Assembly: GCA_963806035.1 (NCBI GenBank)
Contig: CAWDWO010000022.1
Span: 1 to 64,000, forward strand
DNA: 64,000 nt
Reading direction: 5' to 3'
From: Candidatus Krumholzibacteriota bacterium
Lineage (GTDB): Bacteria; Krumholzibacteriota; Krumholzibacteriia; JAJRXK01
Position numbers and translations under genes: made by a program. Positions 1 through 8,325 of the stretch are shown here, one piece after another (position 1 is the first letter of the stretch; every line of letters begins with the position of its first letter). The notes beneath the pieces are model-generated. The model was given only the letters and a program-made list of their open reading frames with translations. It ran no database searches and was not told the origin of the DNA.

Positions 1-151
1 CCTCGAGCGCCTTCAGGTGTTTGTGAACCGTGCCGACCGAGGAGAGCTCGAAATGAGCCGCGATTTCTTCCAAGCTGGGAGCGTAGCCGTTACTTGCGAT
101 GCTGGAGCGCAGATAATCCAGGAGCTGAGACTGCCGTTTGGTGAGATACAC
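1..151 (-). CDS. lexA: SOS repressor LexA, N-terminal DNA-binding domain (partial, runs off window)
   Basis: Not in ORF track. Manual translation from GTG at 151 gives MYLTKRQSQLLDYLRSSIASNGYAPSLEEIAAHFELSSVGTVHKHLKALE, a typical LexA wHTH (LTxRQ, PSxxEIA, VHKHL). Strong SD GGAGGAAGGAGGAG upstream. Confidence 0.93.
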   Translation of the reverse strand, partial: MYLTKRQSQLLDYLRSSIASNGYAPSLEEIAAHFELSSVGTVHKHLKALE

Positions 152-174
152 GTCGCTCCTCCTTCCTCCGCATT

Positions 175-203
175 AGCATAGGCGAAGAAAACAGGAAAGG
201 CAA
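175..203 (-). promoter_or_regulatory. sigma70-type promoter of lexA (TTGCCT-N17-TATGCT)
   Basis: Minus strand reads TTGCCT ttcctgttttcttcgcc TATGCT, with a 17-nt spacer, about 24 nt upstream of the lexA start. Confidence 0.65.
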
Positions 204-214
204 CCGTGCCCAAT

Positions 215-549
215 TTAGCCGGGAATCGGCCCCTGCGCGCTGGTTTGCAGACCCCGGCGCTCCATCACCAGGGCGAGGGTGCGGCGGGCGCTGCGGGGCC
301 GGTGGAGGGTGCCCGAGGGCACGAGAAAGGCGTCGCCCTGACGCAGCACCTGCTTTCCCCTCCCACCCCGATCGTGAGCTCACCTTCCAGAATGAGGATG
401 AACTCGTCGGCCGGATGGCTGTGCTCCACGTACGAACCCGAATAGGCCACCACGAAGACGTGATAATCCGAATCTACGGAACAGAGATCGTGCGGGCGAA
501 AAGCCTGTTCCAGACTCCGTGCCACGCGCAGGGCAGGTATTTTCGGCAT
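215..549 (-). CDS. Cupin-domain protein (one apparent 1-nt deletion near 356)
   Basis: Cupin motif 1 (EHSHPADEFILILEGEL) is in one frame. Motif 2 (QVLRQGDAFLVPSGTLHRP) continues in the neighbouring frame after GGGGAAAG. Stop TAA at 215-217. Confidence 0.75.
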
Positions 550-556
550 GGTTCTC

Positions 557-1465
557 TCAGGGCTTGGTGCTGACCCCAGCTTCAGCGAGTTTGTGTTGAG
601 CGATGAAGGCCTCATCGCTATCGGGATACTCACGAACCAAGCGTCGATAACCCTCCAGAGCGCGGTCTCTTTGCCGAGCTCGAGATGACAATTCGACGAC
701 TTCAGCAGAGCGCCAGGAACTATATCACCGTCGGGGTAAGTCCGCAAAACGGCATCGAAGTGACGCACCGCCTCTTGGTAGTTCCCCTGGGCGTACCAAG
801 TCTCGCCGATCCAGTAGCTCGCGTTGTCCGAGAGATCGGTGTCGGGATAGCGCGCGAGAAATTCCTCGAAACCCTCTCGCGCCAGACTGTAGGAGCCCCT
901 GGTGAAATCACTGAAGGCCGCGTCGTAGACCTCCACTCCGGGAGAGCGAGAGGCGGCCGCCGCGTCCACGGAGGACGAGTCGGCCTGGCTTTCCTCGGAC
1001 TCCTCCCCCGTGTTCGCCGGCGACACATCGTTCATTTTCTCCGCTGGACTCGCGCCGTTTTCCACCGAACTCGAATCAACCTTGGCGGAATCGGCCACGG
1101 CCGGCATCGAGCCCGAGGCAGGCGCCCTTCTTGCCCACCGGTGGCCAGAAGATCCAGACTGGCCTGCATCCGCTGTAGCAGGTTCCCCTGGTCGTCGACA
1201 CGAGCCTCGAGCTGCTGCATCGAGCGCTCCACGTTCTTGAGCCGCGGAGAAGATCGGCGCGCTTTTCGTCGCTGGTGATCCCCTCGGACTCCAGCGCCTT
1301 CTGCAGGCCGTCCACCTGCTTGGCGGTGACCTCCTGCTGGCGCTGCAGCCCGTGGCTGGTCGCCGAAACGTCATCGACCTTGTCTTCGATTCGCGACAAC
1401 TGAGCGCACCCCGGCGCCACAACGAGGGCAAACGCCACCGCGAGCATCGATCTTCCGCATCTCAT
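557..1465 (-). CDS. cpoB: Tol-Pal system protein CpoB/YbgF (three apparent 1-nt deletions near 1246, 1127, 662)
   Basis: Signal/lipobox-like N-terminus (LVVAPGC), a coiled coil, then YbgF TPR motifs (YDAAFSDFTRGSYSLAREGFEEFLARYPDTDLSDNASYWIGE; VPGALLK; LVREYPDSDEA). Lies directly downstream of pal. Stitched together from frame segments. Confidence 0.85.
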
Positions 1466-1478
1466 GAGCGGCTCCTCT

Positions 1479-2072
1479 CTAGCGAACCACCAAGTGTGCC
1501 CGCCGGTTCTGCTGCCAGGCTGCTTCGTCATGTCCCATGGCGAAGGGCTTTTCCTTCCCGTAGCTCACGATGTCGATTCTGGTGGGCTCGATGCCGAGAT
1601 CCACCAGGTAAGCCTTGGCTTCCTTGGCTCGCTTCTCTCCCAGGGCCAAATTGTATTGCACGGTCCCTCGCTCGTCGCAGTGGCCCTCGATGAGAATGCG
1701 GACATTCTTCTGGTCGCGCAGCAGGCGCCCATCCTGGTTCAGAGTAGCGCGCGCCTCATCCGAGAGTTCGTACTTGTCGAAATCGAAGAACACGTCCTGA
1801 AGAACCACCGCGGGAGTGGTCTCTTCGCTGGGAGCTTGAAGATCGGAGCTTTCCGTACCTTCGTCTTCCATCTTGTTACCCTCGAAGGCGCCTTCCTTGA
1901 GATCGACGTTGTCGACTCCCTGGTCTCCGTTCATTCCGCTCTCGGCGGGATTGGTCTCCACCGCTTCGTCTTTGCCCCCACAGGCACTCAGCGTGAAGCC
2001 CAGGATCAAGAGAGCGATGAGAGCCAGCGGGTAAGCGAGATTGCTTGCTGCATGAATGGTTCGACGCTTCAT
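1479..2072 (-). CDS. pal: Peptidoglycan-associated lipoprotein Pal
   Basis: Lipobox LSAC; OmpA-like C-terminus (FFDFDKY, EGHCDERGTVQYNLALGEKRA, SYGKEKP, NRRA); SD GAGGAGG before ATG 2072. Confidence 0.96.
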   Translation of the reverse strand: MKRRTIHAASNLAYPLALIALLILGFTLSACGGKDEAVETNPAESGMNGDQGVDNVDLKEGAFEGNKMEDEGTESSDLQAPSEETTPAVVLQDVFFDFDKYELSDEARATLNQDGRLLRDQKNVRILIEGHCDERGTVQYNLALGEKRAKEAKAYLVDLGIEPTRIDIVSYGKEKPFAMGHDEAAWQQNRRAHLVVR

Positions 2073-2085
2073 AAGCGTTTCCTCC

Positions 2086-3432
2086 TCATGAATCGGATGA
2101 GTCCGACGGAGCGGTGGGTTTCTCCACTCCGCTCCAGTCAGGACAGGTGTCATCCTCTGTTCCACTGGTCAGACGGCGGGCAGTGCCGCCTTCGACGTCG
2201 AGGACCCAGAGATTGGTTTGACCCGAACGGTCGCTGCTCACGACGAGATGACGGCCATCGGGAGCCCAGGACGGGTCCTCGTTGTTGCCATCTTGGCTGA
2301 ACGTGATCTGTCGCAGATTGCTTCCGTCGGGTTCGATCGTGAACACCTGAAAGCGCCCGTCGATGCGACGAACGTAGGCGATACGGTCTCCCCGCGGCGA
2401 CCAATCCGCGCTGTCGTTGTAGTTGCCTTCATAGCTCAAACGACGCCGATTTGCTCCTTCGCGATCCATGACGTAGATCTGCGGCACCCCGGTGCGATCG
2501 CTCGTGAAGACCACCTGCTGGCCGGTGGGATCGAAATCCGGCGAGCACTCGATCGAGGGGCTGTGGGTGAGACGCTGCACGACGCCTCCCTTTCCGTCAA
2601 TCCTATAGATCTCCGCGTTCCCGTCGCGACTGAGCGTGACCACGAGACCCTTGCCCCGGGGATCCCAAGCCGCGCCCACGTTCAGGCCGGGGTAGTCGCT
2701 CACGCGTTCGCTCCGTCCCGTCTTCCCGTCGAGGATCAGAAGCCTCTGCTGGCCTTGGTAGTACGAGGTGTAGCAGGCCCGGTCATTCTGCGGCGACCAG
2801 CGGGGCTCCAGATTGATGCTCCCATTGCGCGTGATCTGCTTCAGGTTTTCGCCGTCGTAGTCCACCAGGTAGATCTCGCGGCGGTCTCGGTTGCCACGGC
2901 TAAAGAGGATTCGGGTACGCGCGATGCCCGCCTCGCCGGTGAGCTGGTTCACCACGACATCGCAGAAATGGTGCACGGCGGCCCCGGGATCCTTCAGATC
3001 CACCACGTAACGCTTGCCCACGATGAGAGTCTGGGCCCCCGGAGCGAGCAGGCGCGCAGTCAGAATCATGGAGGCGGGGTCCTCGCCGCTCAGGCCGAGG
3101 GCGACCACGGCATCCGGCTGCTTCTCGTCCTTGGGGGCGGGCGGCGGACTGGAAGCTGGCCTCCTCACTCCCTGCGGCAGAGGGTCGATCAGATCCAGGA
3201 CACCGCTATACACGAAATCGCGCACGAGACGATTCGCCAACGAGGTTGCGGCGGGCGAAACGCTGGCCTGCGTGCTCTCGATGGAGAGCGGCAGCATGCG
3301 CAAGCGCACCCGGCGCGCACCCTGGCGATGCAGGTCGATGAGCACCCCACCATCGTCCTGCGCGAAACAGTTGCCCTCGAGCGAGAACAGGATGAGCAAT
3401 GCGAAGAGAAATTTGGAAACGAGTCCGCGCAC
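2086..3432 (-). CDS. tolB: Tol-Pal beta-propeller protein TolB
   Basis: LTGEAGIARTRI, IYLVDYDGEN, repeated PD40 units (WSP..., FTSDRTGVPQIY, PSWAPDG). Start estimated at GTG 3432. Confidence 0.93.
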   Translation of the reverse strand: MRGLVSKFLFALLILFSLEGNCFAQDDGGVLIDLHRQGARRVRLRMLPLSIESTQASVSPAATSLANRLVRDFVYSGVLDLIDPLPQGVRRPASSPPPAPKDEKQPDAVVALGLSGEDPASMILTARLLAPGAQTLIVGKRYVVDLKDPGAAVHHFCDVVVNQLTGEAGIARTRILFSRGNRDRREIYLVDYDGENLKQITRNGSINLEPRWSPQNDRACYTSYYQGQQRLLILDGKTGRSERVSDYPGLNVGAAWDPRGKGLVVTLSRDGNAEIYRIDGKGGVVQRLTHSPSIECSPDFDPTGQQVVFTSDRTGVPQIYVMDREGANRRRLSYEGNYNDSADWSPRGDRIAYVRRIDGRFQVFTIEPDGSNLRQITFSQDGNNEDPSWAPDGRHLVVSSDRSGQTNLWVLDVEGGTARRLTSGTEDDTCPDWSGVEKPTAPSDSSDS

Positions 3433-3440
3433 GACGACTC

Positions 3441-4199
3441 CTACTGTTCCAGGTGGAAACGAACGCTGATGGGAAGCTCCAGGGCTCGCGAGCCCGCGGG
3501 CGGCGGCGGCAGAGGCGAAGCGGAAATGACGGCGCGCAGAGCCTCGCGGTCGAAGACGGAGAAACCGCTGCTCTGTACGATGCGCGGATCTTGAATGACT
3601 CCGGCCGGTGAAATGCGGAAACGAATCAGGCAAGCGACCGCGGGGCCTCCCCGTGTCCTGGCAGCGGAAGGCTCCCAGCGGCGATCGATCTTGCGCTGGA
3701 GCAAGGCGAGATAGTAATCGGGAACTCCCTCATGCTTCTCGACCTGCACCCCCGGACCCGCCTTGGCCTGCGTCGCGGAGGATTCCTCCGCGGGGGTCTC
3801 CTGGTTTTCTTGCCGCGGTTCTTCCTTGGCCTTCTCGGGCTGCGCCGGTTCGGGGAACTTCTCCTGCGCCTTCTCCTTCGGCTTTTCCTTTTTCGTGGGA
3901 GGAGGCAGTTCCGGTTTCGGCGGCACGATCTGTTCGGTGGGCTCGCTGGGCTTCTCTTGGCTCAGATCCATCTCGGGCTCGGGCTCGGCCTTCTTGACTT
4001 CCTTGGGCTCGGGCGGCACCGGTTTTTCCTGCACCACTTCCGCCGGCTTTTTCTGAGGCTGAGCCACGGGAATCGACGCCAAGTTCACGCTGATGTACTC
4101 CGCTGGCTGCAGGGGACGGCGCAAGGCAATGCTCACCACTCCGAAGAGGAGTGTGGCGAGGAGATGCGCGCAGAACGATACCAAGAGGGTATTTCGCAT
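3441..4199 (-). CDS. tolA: TolA/TonB-family energy transducer
   Basis: N-terminal TM helix with SxxxH (SFCAHLL), Pro/Glu/Lys-rich linker, TonB_C domain (SSGFSVFDREALRAV, PLPPPP); lies between tolR and tolB. Confidence 0.85.
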   Translation of the reverse strand: MRNTLLVSFCAHLLATLLFGVVSIALRRPLQPAEYISVNLASIPVAQPQKKPAEVVQEKPVPPEPKEVKKAEPEPEMDLSQEKPSEPTEQIVPPKPELPPPTKKEKPKEKAQEKFPEPAQPEKAKEEPRQENQETPAEESSATQAKAGPGVQVEKHEGVPDYYLALLQRKIDRRWEPSAARTRGGPAVACLIRFRISPAGVIQDPRIVQSSGFSVFDREALRAVISASPLPPPPAGSRALELPISVRFHLEQ

Positions 4200-4214
4200 G
4201 AGCTCTTGCGCCGC

Positions 4215-4637
4215 TCAGCTCTCGGGCTCGGGCTCGACCACCAGGCTGAGCGTTTCGACTCCCGCCGCCTTGATCTCTCCCATGACGCGAATCACGAAGC
4301 CGTACGGCACGGCTTGATCGCTGCGGAGATAGACCGGACGGGAATCTCCCTGTGGATGACTGGCGTGAAGAACTTCCGCCAATTGGCTCATGGGGATCGG
4401 GTCATCGTCGATGTAGACCCTCCGCGATTTGTCCAAGGAGATGACGATGCCCTCCTGCGCCACCTCCTGCACCGAATGCGTGGAGGGTAGGTCGACCTCG
4501 ACCCCGCCCTGAATGAAGGGGGCGGTGAGCATGAACACGATGAGCAGCACCAGCGTGACATCGACCAGGGAGGTCACGTTGATCTCCGCGAGTTGGGAGT
4601 AGTGCTTTCTTCCGCGCAGTGCGTCGCCGTTACCCAT
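4215..4637 (-). CDS. tolR: TolR/ExbD biopolymer transport protein
   Basis: EINVTSLVDVTLVLLIVFMLTAP and LRSDQAVPYGFVIRVM motifs. Confidence 0.92.
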   Translation of the reverse strand: MGNGDALRGRKHYSQLAEINVTSLVDVTLVLLIVFMLTAPFIQGGVEVDLPSTHSVQEVAQEGIVISLDKSRRVYIDDDPIPMSQLAEVLHASHPQGDSRPVYLRSDQAVPYGFVIRVMGEIKAAGVETLSLVVEPEPES

Positions 4638-5383
4638 CAGTGGAATCCTCCCGCGTTCACACGAACCTCCTCCTCACTCACCGTGAGGGTCTCGGCCGCG
4701 ACTTGATCTTCGAGGATGCTGATGAGACGCACCATATCGCTCTCCTGTCCACGAATCCGGCGCAACAGCCAGTTGTACCCGATGACGGCGGGAATCGCGA
4801 CGAAGAGTCCGCACACGGTCGTGACCAGAGCCTCGGCGATTCCCGGCCCCACCGCGTCGAGGGTGGCGGTCCCCTGCCGTCCGATCTGCAGGAAGGAGCC
4901 CATGATGCCCCATACCGTCCCCAAGAGACCCAGAAACGGGGCGATGGAACTGAGGGTGGCCAACCAGGTCACTCCCCGTTCCAGATCTTCGATCTGTTGG
5001 GTTGCGACGCGATCCGCGCCGCGGCGCAGCAATCCTCGCAGGGTCTCCTCGCTGCCCTGTCCCCGATGGCTCAGATAGCGCGGCCAGAAGTCTCGATGAA
5101 AAAAGCGGAAGATCTGTCCCAGGCTGGAATTCTGACTTTTTTCGCACCACTGGCTGAGCCCTTCCATCTGCTCGTAGCTCTCCAGCTTGGAAAAACGTTG
5201 CCAGAAAACGCCGTCCTCGCGCTCGGCGCGCCGCAAGCGGCGAAAGCGGTCCCCGATGACGGCCCAGGACACCACGGAGAGAATGAAAAGAACGAGAATG
5301 ATGAACTTCGCGAAAGGAGAAGAGGTCGCGATGATGTCACCGAAATCACCGAAGATGGTCGCAAGGGCCAGAGTGTGAAGCAT
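4637..5383 (-). CDS. tolQ: TolQ/ExbB proton channel
   Basis: LATLSSIAPFLGLLGTVWGIM and VGPGIAEALVTT...FVAIPAVIGYN motifs. Confidence 0.93.
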   Translation of the reverse strand: MLHTLALATIFGDFGDIIATSSPFAKFIILVLFILSVVSWAVIGDRFRRLRRAEREDGVFWQRFSKLESYEQMEGLSQWCEKSQNSSLGQIFRFFHRDFWPRYLSHRGQGSEETLRGLLRRGADRVATQQIEDLERGVTWLATLSSIAPFLGLLGTVWGIMGSFLQIGRQGTATLDAVGPGIAEALVTTVCGLFVAIPAVIGYNWLLRRIRGQESDMVRLISILEDQVAAETLTVSEEEVRVNAGGFH

Positions 5384-5496
5384 CGTCGCTCCTTCGGGCT
5401 CTTCGCTCTATCGAGCCCGTTCACTTTGTGCATGAAGGAGGGTCGGCGTCGCCTACCCACAACGAGGTCGGTTGGCGGGACTACCGACCCCCACCG

Positions 5497-5525
5497 TTTA
5501 CGTTTCCCGAACGAATTGGGTTCCC
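5497..5525 (-). promoter_or_regulatory. Putative ECF-sigma promoter upstream of tolQ (GGGAAC-N17-CGTAAA)
   Basis: Minus strand GGGAAC ccaattcgttcgggaaa CGTAAA. The same motif occurs at 23862-23889 and 52753-52780. Confidence 0.65.
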
Positions 5526-5539
5526 AGGGGTGTTCTGGT

Positions 5540-5569
5540 TGTATAGATGCACTTACGGCCGACGGTCAA
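5540..5569 (-). promoter_or_regulatory. Putative sigma70 promoter upstream of tolQ (TTGACC-N18-TATACA)
   Basis: Partial consensus match in the moaC-tolQ intergenic region, just upstream of the ECF-type site. Confidence 0.4.
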
Positions 5570-5575
5570 GCAGAA

Positions 5576-6088
5576 TCAAGTGAGCGGCGGGTCCTCGAAG
5601 CGACAGAGGCCACTCTGGCCTCCCTCTTTTCTCGAGAGCCAGATCGGCCCGACGACCATGCCTCGATCCACCGCCTTGAGCATGTCATACACTGTCAGAA
5701 GTGCGGCGCTGACTGCCGTGAGGGCCTCCATCTCCACTCCCGTGGGGCCGATGGTGCGAACTTTCACCGTTACTTCAAGGATGCGAGCGCGCGCTCTCTT
5801 CTTCCAACTCAGCTCGATCCCACGCAGCGGCAGAGGATGGGCGAGGGGAATGAACTCTCCCGTGCGTTTCGCGGCCTGGATCGCCGCCACCTGCGCCACC
5901 TGCAGCGGATCGCCCTTTCCCGTTCCCAGCGGGTTCTGCAGCGCCTTCCAGGCCGCCTGCGAGAGCCGGATCCGCCCTTTCGCGAGGGCGGTGCGGTCGC
6001 TCATTGCCTTGTCCCCCACGTCGACCATGCGCGGCCGTCCGCTGGCATCGAGGTGGGACACTTTCTTGGCCTGAGGCTTCTTCTTCAT
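5576..6088 (-). CDS. moaC: Cyclic pyranopterin monophosphate synthase MoaC
   Basis: SHLDASGRPRMVDVGDK, KGDPL, IPLAHP, TGVEMEALTAVSAALLTVYDMLKAVD, KEGGQSG. Confidence 0.96.
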   Translation of the reverse strand: MKKKPQAKKVSHLDASGRPRMVDVGDKAMSDRTALAKGRIRLSQAAWKALQNPLGTGKGDPLQVAQVAAIQAAKRTGEFIPLAHPLPLRGIELSWKKRARARILEVTVKVRTIGPTGVEMEALTAVSAALLTVYDMLKAVDRGMVVGPIWLSRKEGGQSGLCRFEDPPLT

Positions 6089-6125
6089 TTTGGTCCCCTC
6101 TTAGTCGCGTCGTTCTCGACCGAAC

Positions 6126-6713
6126 TCACGGGCGCGTTTCCCCACGGTCCTTCGGCTGGTTCCAGTTGCGCAAGCTCGCTTCTCCAGCGGCGTTCAGGAC
6201 ACGAAATTCGCGAGGATCGAAACTCTCCAGAGCAGCGAGCAGCGAACGCTCTCCCGCGCTTCTGCGCTCCTCGAGCTCTGCAAGCGTTCCACTTCGATAG
6301 TACGCGCATAGCGGCTGCCAGCGCTGCCCATCGCTGGGGAGGATCGCTTTGGCCTCGGGATGGGCCGACGCCTCTTCCAGGATCTGCAAAAGGAACTCGT
6401 GGCGCAGCCGCGGCAAGTCGGCGCTCAGCACCAGCAAGTCACCGGAGATCACCTGCCAGGCGTCCAGCAGAGCAACCAGGGGACCGGCGAAGGGATCGAG
6501 GTCCCACAGAATGCCGACCCCGTCGAGCTGAGGCCGCGCACCGTCTTGCGCTCTTCCCGCGAACCAGATGGGCAATCCTAAACGACGAAGCGTCGCCACT
6601 TCCGAAGCGAGCACGTATTGGGTTTCTTGCACGGAAATGAGCCGCTTGTCGCGGCCCATGCGGCGTGAGCGACCGCCCCCGAGAATGAGAGCGGAACGCG
6701 AAGCTTCGTCCAT
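6126..6713 (-). CDS. mobA: Molybdenum cofactor guanylyltransferase MobA
   Basis: ILGGGRSRRMGRDK, GPLVAL, ADLP, QPLCAYY, NWNQP motifs; adjacent to moaC. Confidence 0.88.
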   Translation of the reverse strand: MDEASRSALILGGGRSRRMGRDKRLISVQETQYVLASEVATLRRLGLPIWFAGRAQDGARPQLDGVGILWDLDPFAGPLVALLDAWQVISGDLLVLSADLPRLRHEFLLQILEEASAHPEAKAILPSDGQRWQPLCAYYRSGTLAELEERRSAGERSLLAALESFDPREFRVLNAAGEASLRNWNQPKDRGETRP

Positions 6714-7120
6714 CAAGCGCTCGGGATTTTATGGTCTTTGTAGTAGTCGCGTTCGAAGACCTCGTCGAAATCGAAGCGGTCCACGAAATCCTCGAGACGG
6801 TCTTCCTCGGTCTTGCGCAGGATTCCCTGGTCGACGAGTTCGAACACGATCTGACCGAAGTCCTCGGTGCGCATGATGCTCCAGGAATTCAGCACGTGCT
6901 TGGCCATCGGTCCGAACTGCTCTTTGGCGAAGGCTTGCAGGCCCTCCATGAGTTCCTGCCCGCTGACGTGACGAACTTCCGGGAGCGACCGGATGGTCTG
7001 GTCGAGTCCGCGCAAGACGAAATCGTAAGCGGCAAGGCAATACCTACCGTTCTCGGCATGCTCCTGGAGACGGGCGATGACCTCGCGGCTGCTCGTTGGT
7101 TTTTCGCTCACCTCTACCAT
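6713..7120 (-). CDS. Uncharacterised conserved protein, TIGR04138/Minf_1886-like family
   Basis: Motifs AYDFVLRGL, RHVSGQEL, FGPMAKHVLNSW, TEDFGQIVFELV, TEEDRLEDF match my recollection of this family. Start uncertain (ATG 7120 or GTG 7111). Confidence 0.75.
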   Translation of the reverse strand: MVEVSEKPTSSREVIARLQEHAENGRYCLAAYDFVLRGLDQTIRSLPEVRHVSGQELMEGLQAFAKEQFGPMAKHVLNSWSIMRTEDFGQIVFELVDQGILRKTEEDRLEDFVDRFDFDEVFERDYYKDHKIPSA

Positions 7121-7149
7121 CCTCGCGGTTTCGCGTGCGCTACAGAGAG

Positions 7150-7177
7150 AGTCTAGAACACCGGCGCGCTGTGTCAA
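7150..7177 (-). promoter_or_regulatory. Putative sigma70 promoter for TIGR04138-mobA-moaC (TTGACA-N16-TAGACT)
   Basis: Perfect -35 overlapping the bshA stop, 16-nt spacer, -10 TAGACT. Confidence 0.55.
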
Positions 7178-8325
7178 CCCGCAGCGCGGGAACTCCCGCT
7201 AATCTCATGATACATATCGAGATAGGAGTCTAATATACATTCGGTACAAAAGCGCTTCTTGGCCACCTCACGCGCTCTCTCACCCATCGCTCTGGCCAGA
7301 TCCGGCTCGCGCAAGAGGCGCAGCACCGATGCGCTCTGGGCCTCGATGTCGTCGGGTTCGTGCAAGAATCCGGTCTCTCCGTGTTCGATCAGCTCGGGCA
7401 ATCCGCCGCGTTTGCTGGCAACCACCGGCGTTTGCGCGCTCATCGCCTCCAGCGCCACCAGGCCGAAGGACTCGTGCTCGCTGGGAAGCAGCAGCACGTC
7501 GGCCATCGCCATCAGCTCTTCCATGGATTCGCGCGCTCCCAAAAAGGTCACTTTGTCTGACACTTCCAAGCGGCGCGCGAGATCTTCAGCGGGATTTCTC
7601 TCGGGTCCATCCCCCACGATGACCAGCCGGCAATCGACCTCTTGCACCACTCGGGCGAAGACGCGCACCACGGCCTCCACGTTCTTCACCGGTCTGAGAT
7701 TACTGGCGTGCAGCAGGACCTTTTCTCCGCCCGGGGCCAGGGGGTTGTTTCGTTTCAAATCGGGCCGGGGCCGGAAGTGCTCGGGGTCGACGAAGTTGTA
7801 GATGACGCGAATGTCGCGATTGGTGCGAAAGATTTCGCGCGTCTGCCGCGCCAGGTCGTGGCTCACCGCGGTCACCACGTCGCTCTGCTCGATCACGAAC
7901 TGCGTCAGGGGCCAGAAACTGGGCTCCTGTCCCACGAGGGTGATGTCGGTGCCGTGGAGAGTGGTCACGACTTTGATCCGAGTGGGTTCGAGCATCTTCT
8001 GAGCGAGATAGGCACTGGCCGCATGGGGAATGGCGTAGTGCACGTGCAGAATCTCGAGTTCGTGATAGCGCGCCACTTCGGTCATCTTGGTGGCCAGGGC
8101 GAGGGTATACGGCGCATGCGGAAAGGCGGGATACTGAACCGTCTGAACCTCGTGAAAGAAGACCTTGGGAAGGAACTCGCGCAGGCGTACCGGCAAGGCG
8201 TTCGCGATGAAGTGGACCTCGTGTCCACGCGAAGCGAGCGCCAATCCCAGCTCGCTGGCCACCACGCCGCTGCCACCCTGCGCGGCGAACGAGGTCATTC
8301 CGATGCGATACTTTCTGCCGGTCAT
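7174..8325 (-). CDS. bshA: N-acetyl-alpha-D-glucosaminyl L-malate synthase BshA
   Basis: GGSGVVASELG, HVHYAIPHA, TTLHGTDITLVG, SNLRPVKN, ESFGLVALEAM (GT4, BshA-specific motifs); clustered with bshB/bshC. Confidence 0.95.
   Translation of the reverse strand: MTGRKYRIGMTSFAAQGGSGVVASELGLALASRGHEVHFIANALPVRLREFLPKVFFHEVQTVQYPAFPHAPYTLALATKMTEVARYHELEILHVHYAIPHAASAYLAQKMLEPTRIKVVTTLHGTDITLVGQEPSFWPLTQFVIEQSDVVTAVSHDLARQTREIFRTNRDIRVIYNFVDPEHFRPRPDLKRNNPLAPGGEKVLLHASNLRPVKNVEAVVRVFARVVQEVDCRLVIVGDGPERNPAEDLARRLEVSDKVTFLGARESMEELMAMADVLLLPSEHESFGLVALEAMSAQTPVVASKRGGLPELIEHGETGFLHEPDDIEAQSASVLRLLREPDLARAMGERAREVAKKRFCTECILDSYLDMYHEISGSSRAAG

Noticed and set aside
265..1431. 388-aa ORF that looks like a TPR-cupin fusion
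   Set aside because: Artefact of frameshifts joining part of cpoB to the cupin gene. Each gene has its own start and stop once the frames are repaired.
5384..5575. Possible 6S RNA or Moco riboswitch in the moaC-tolQ gap
   Set aside because: It lies downstream of moaC rather than upstream, and I see neither the long 6S rod with central bubble nor a riboswitch consensus. Promoter motifs explain the distal half.
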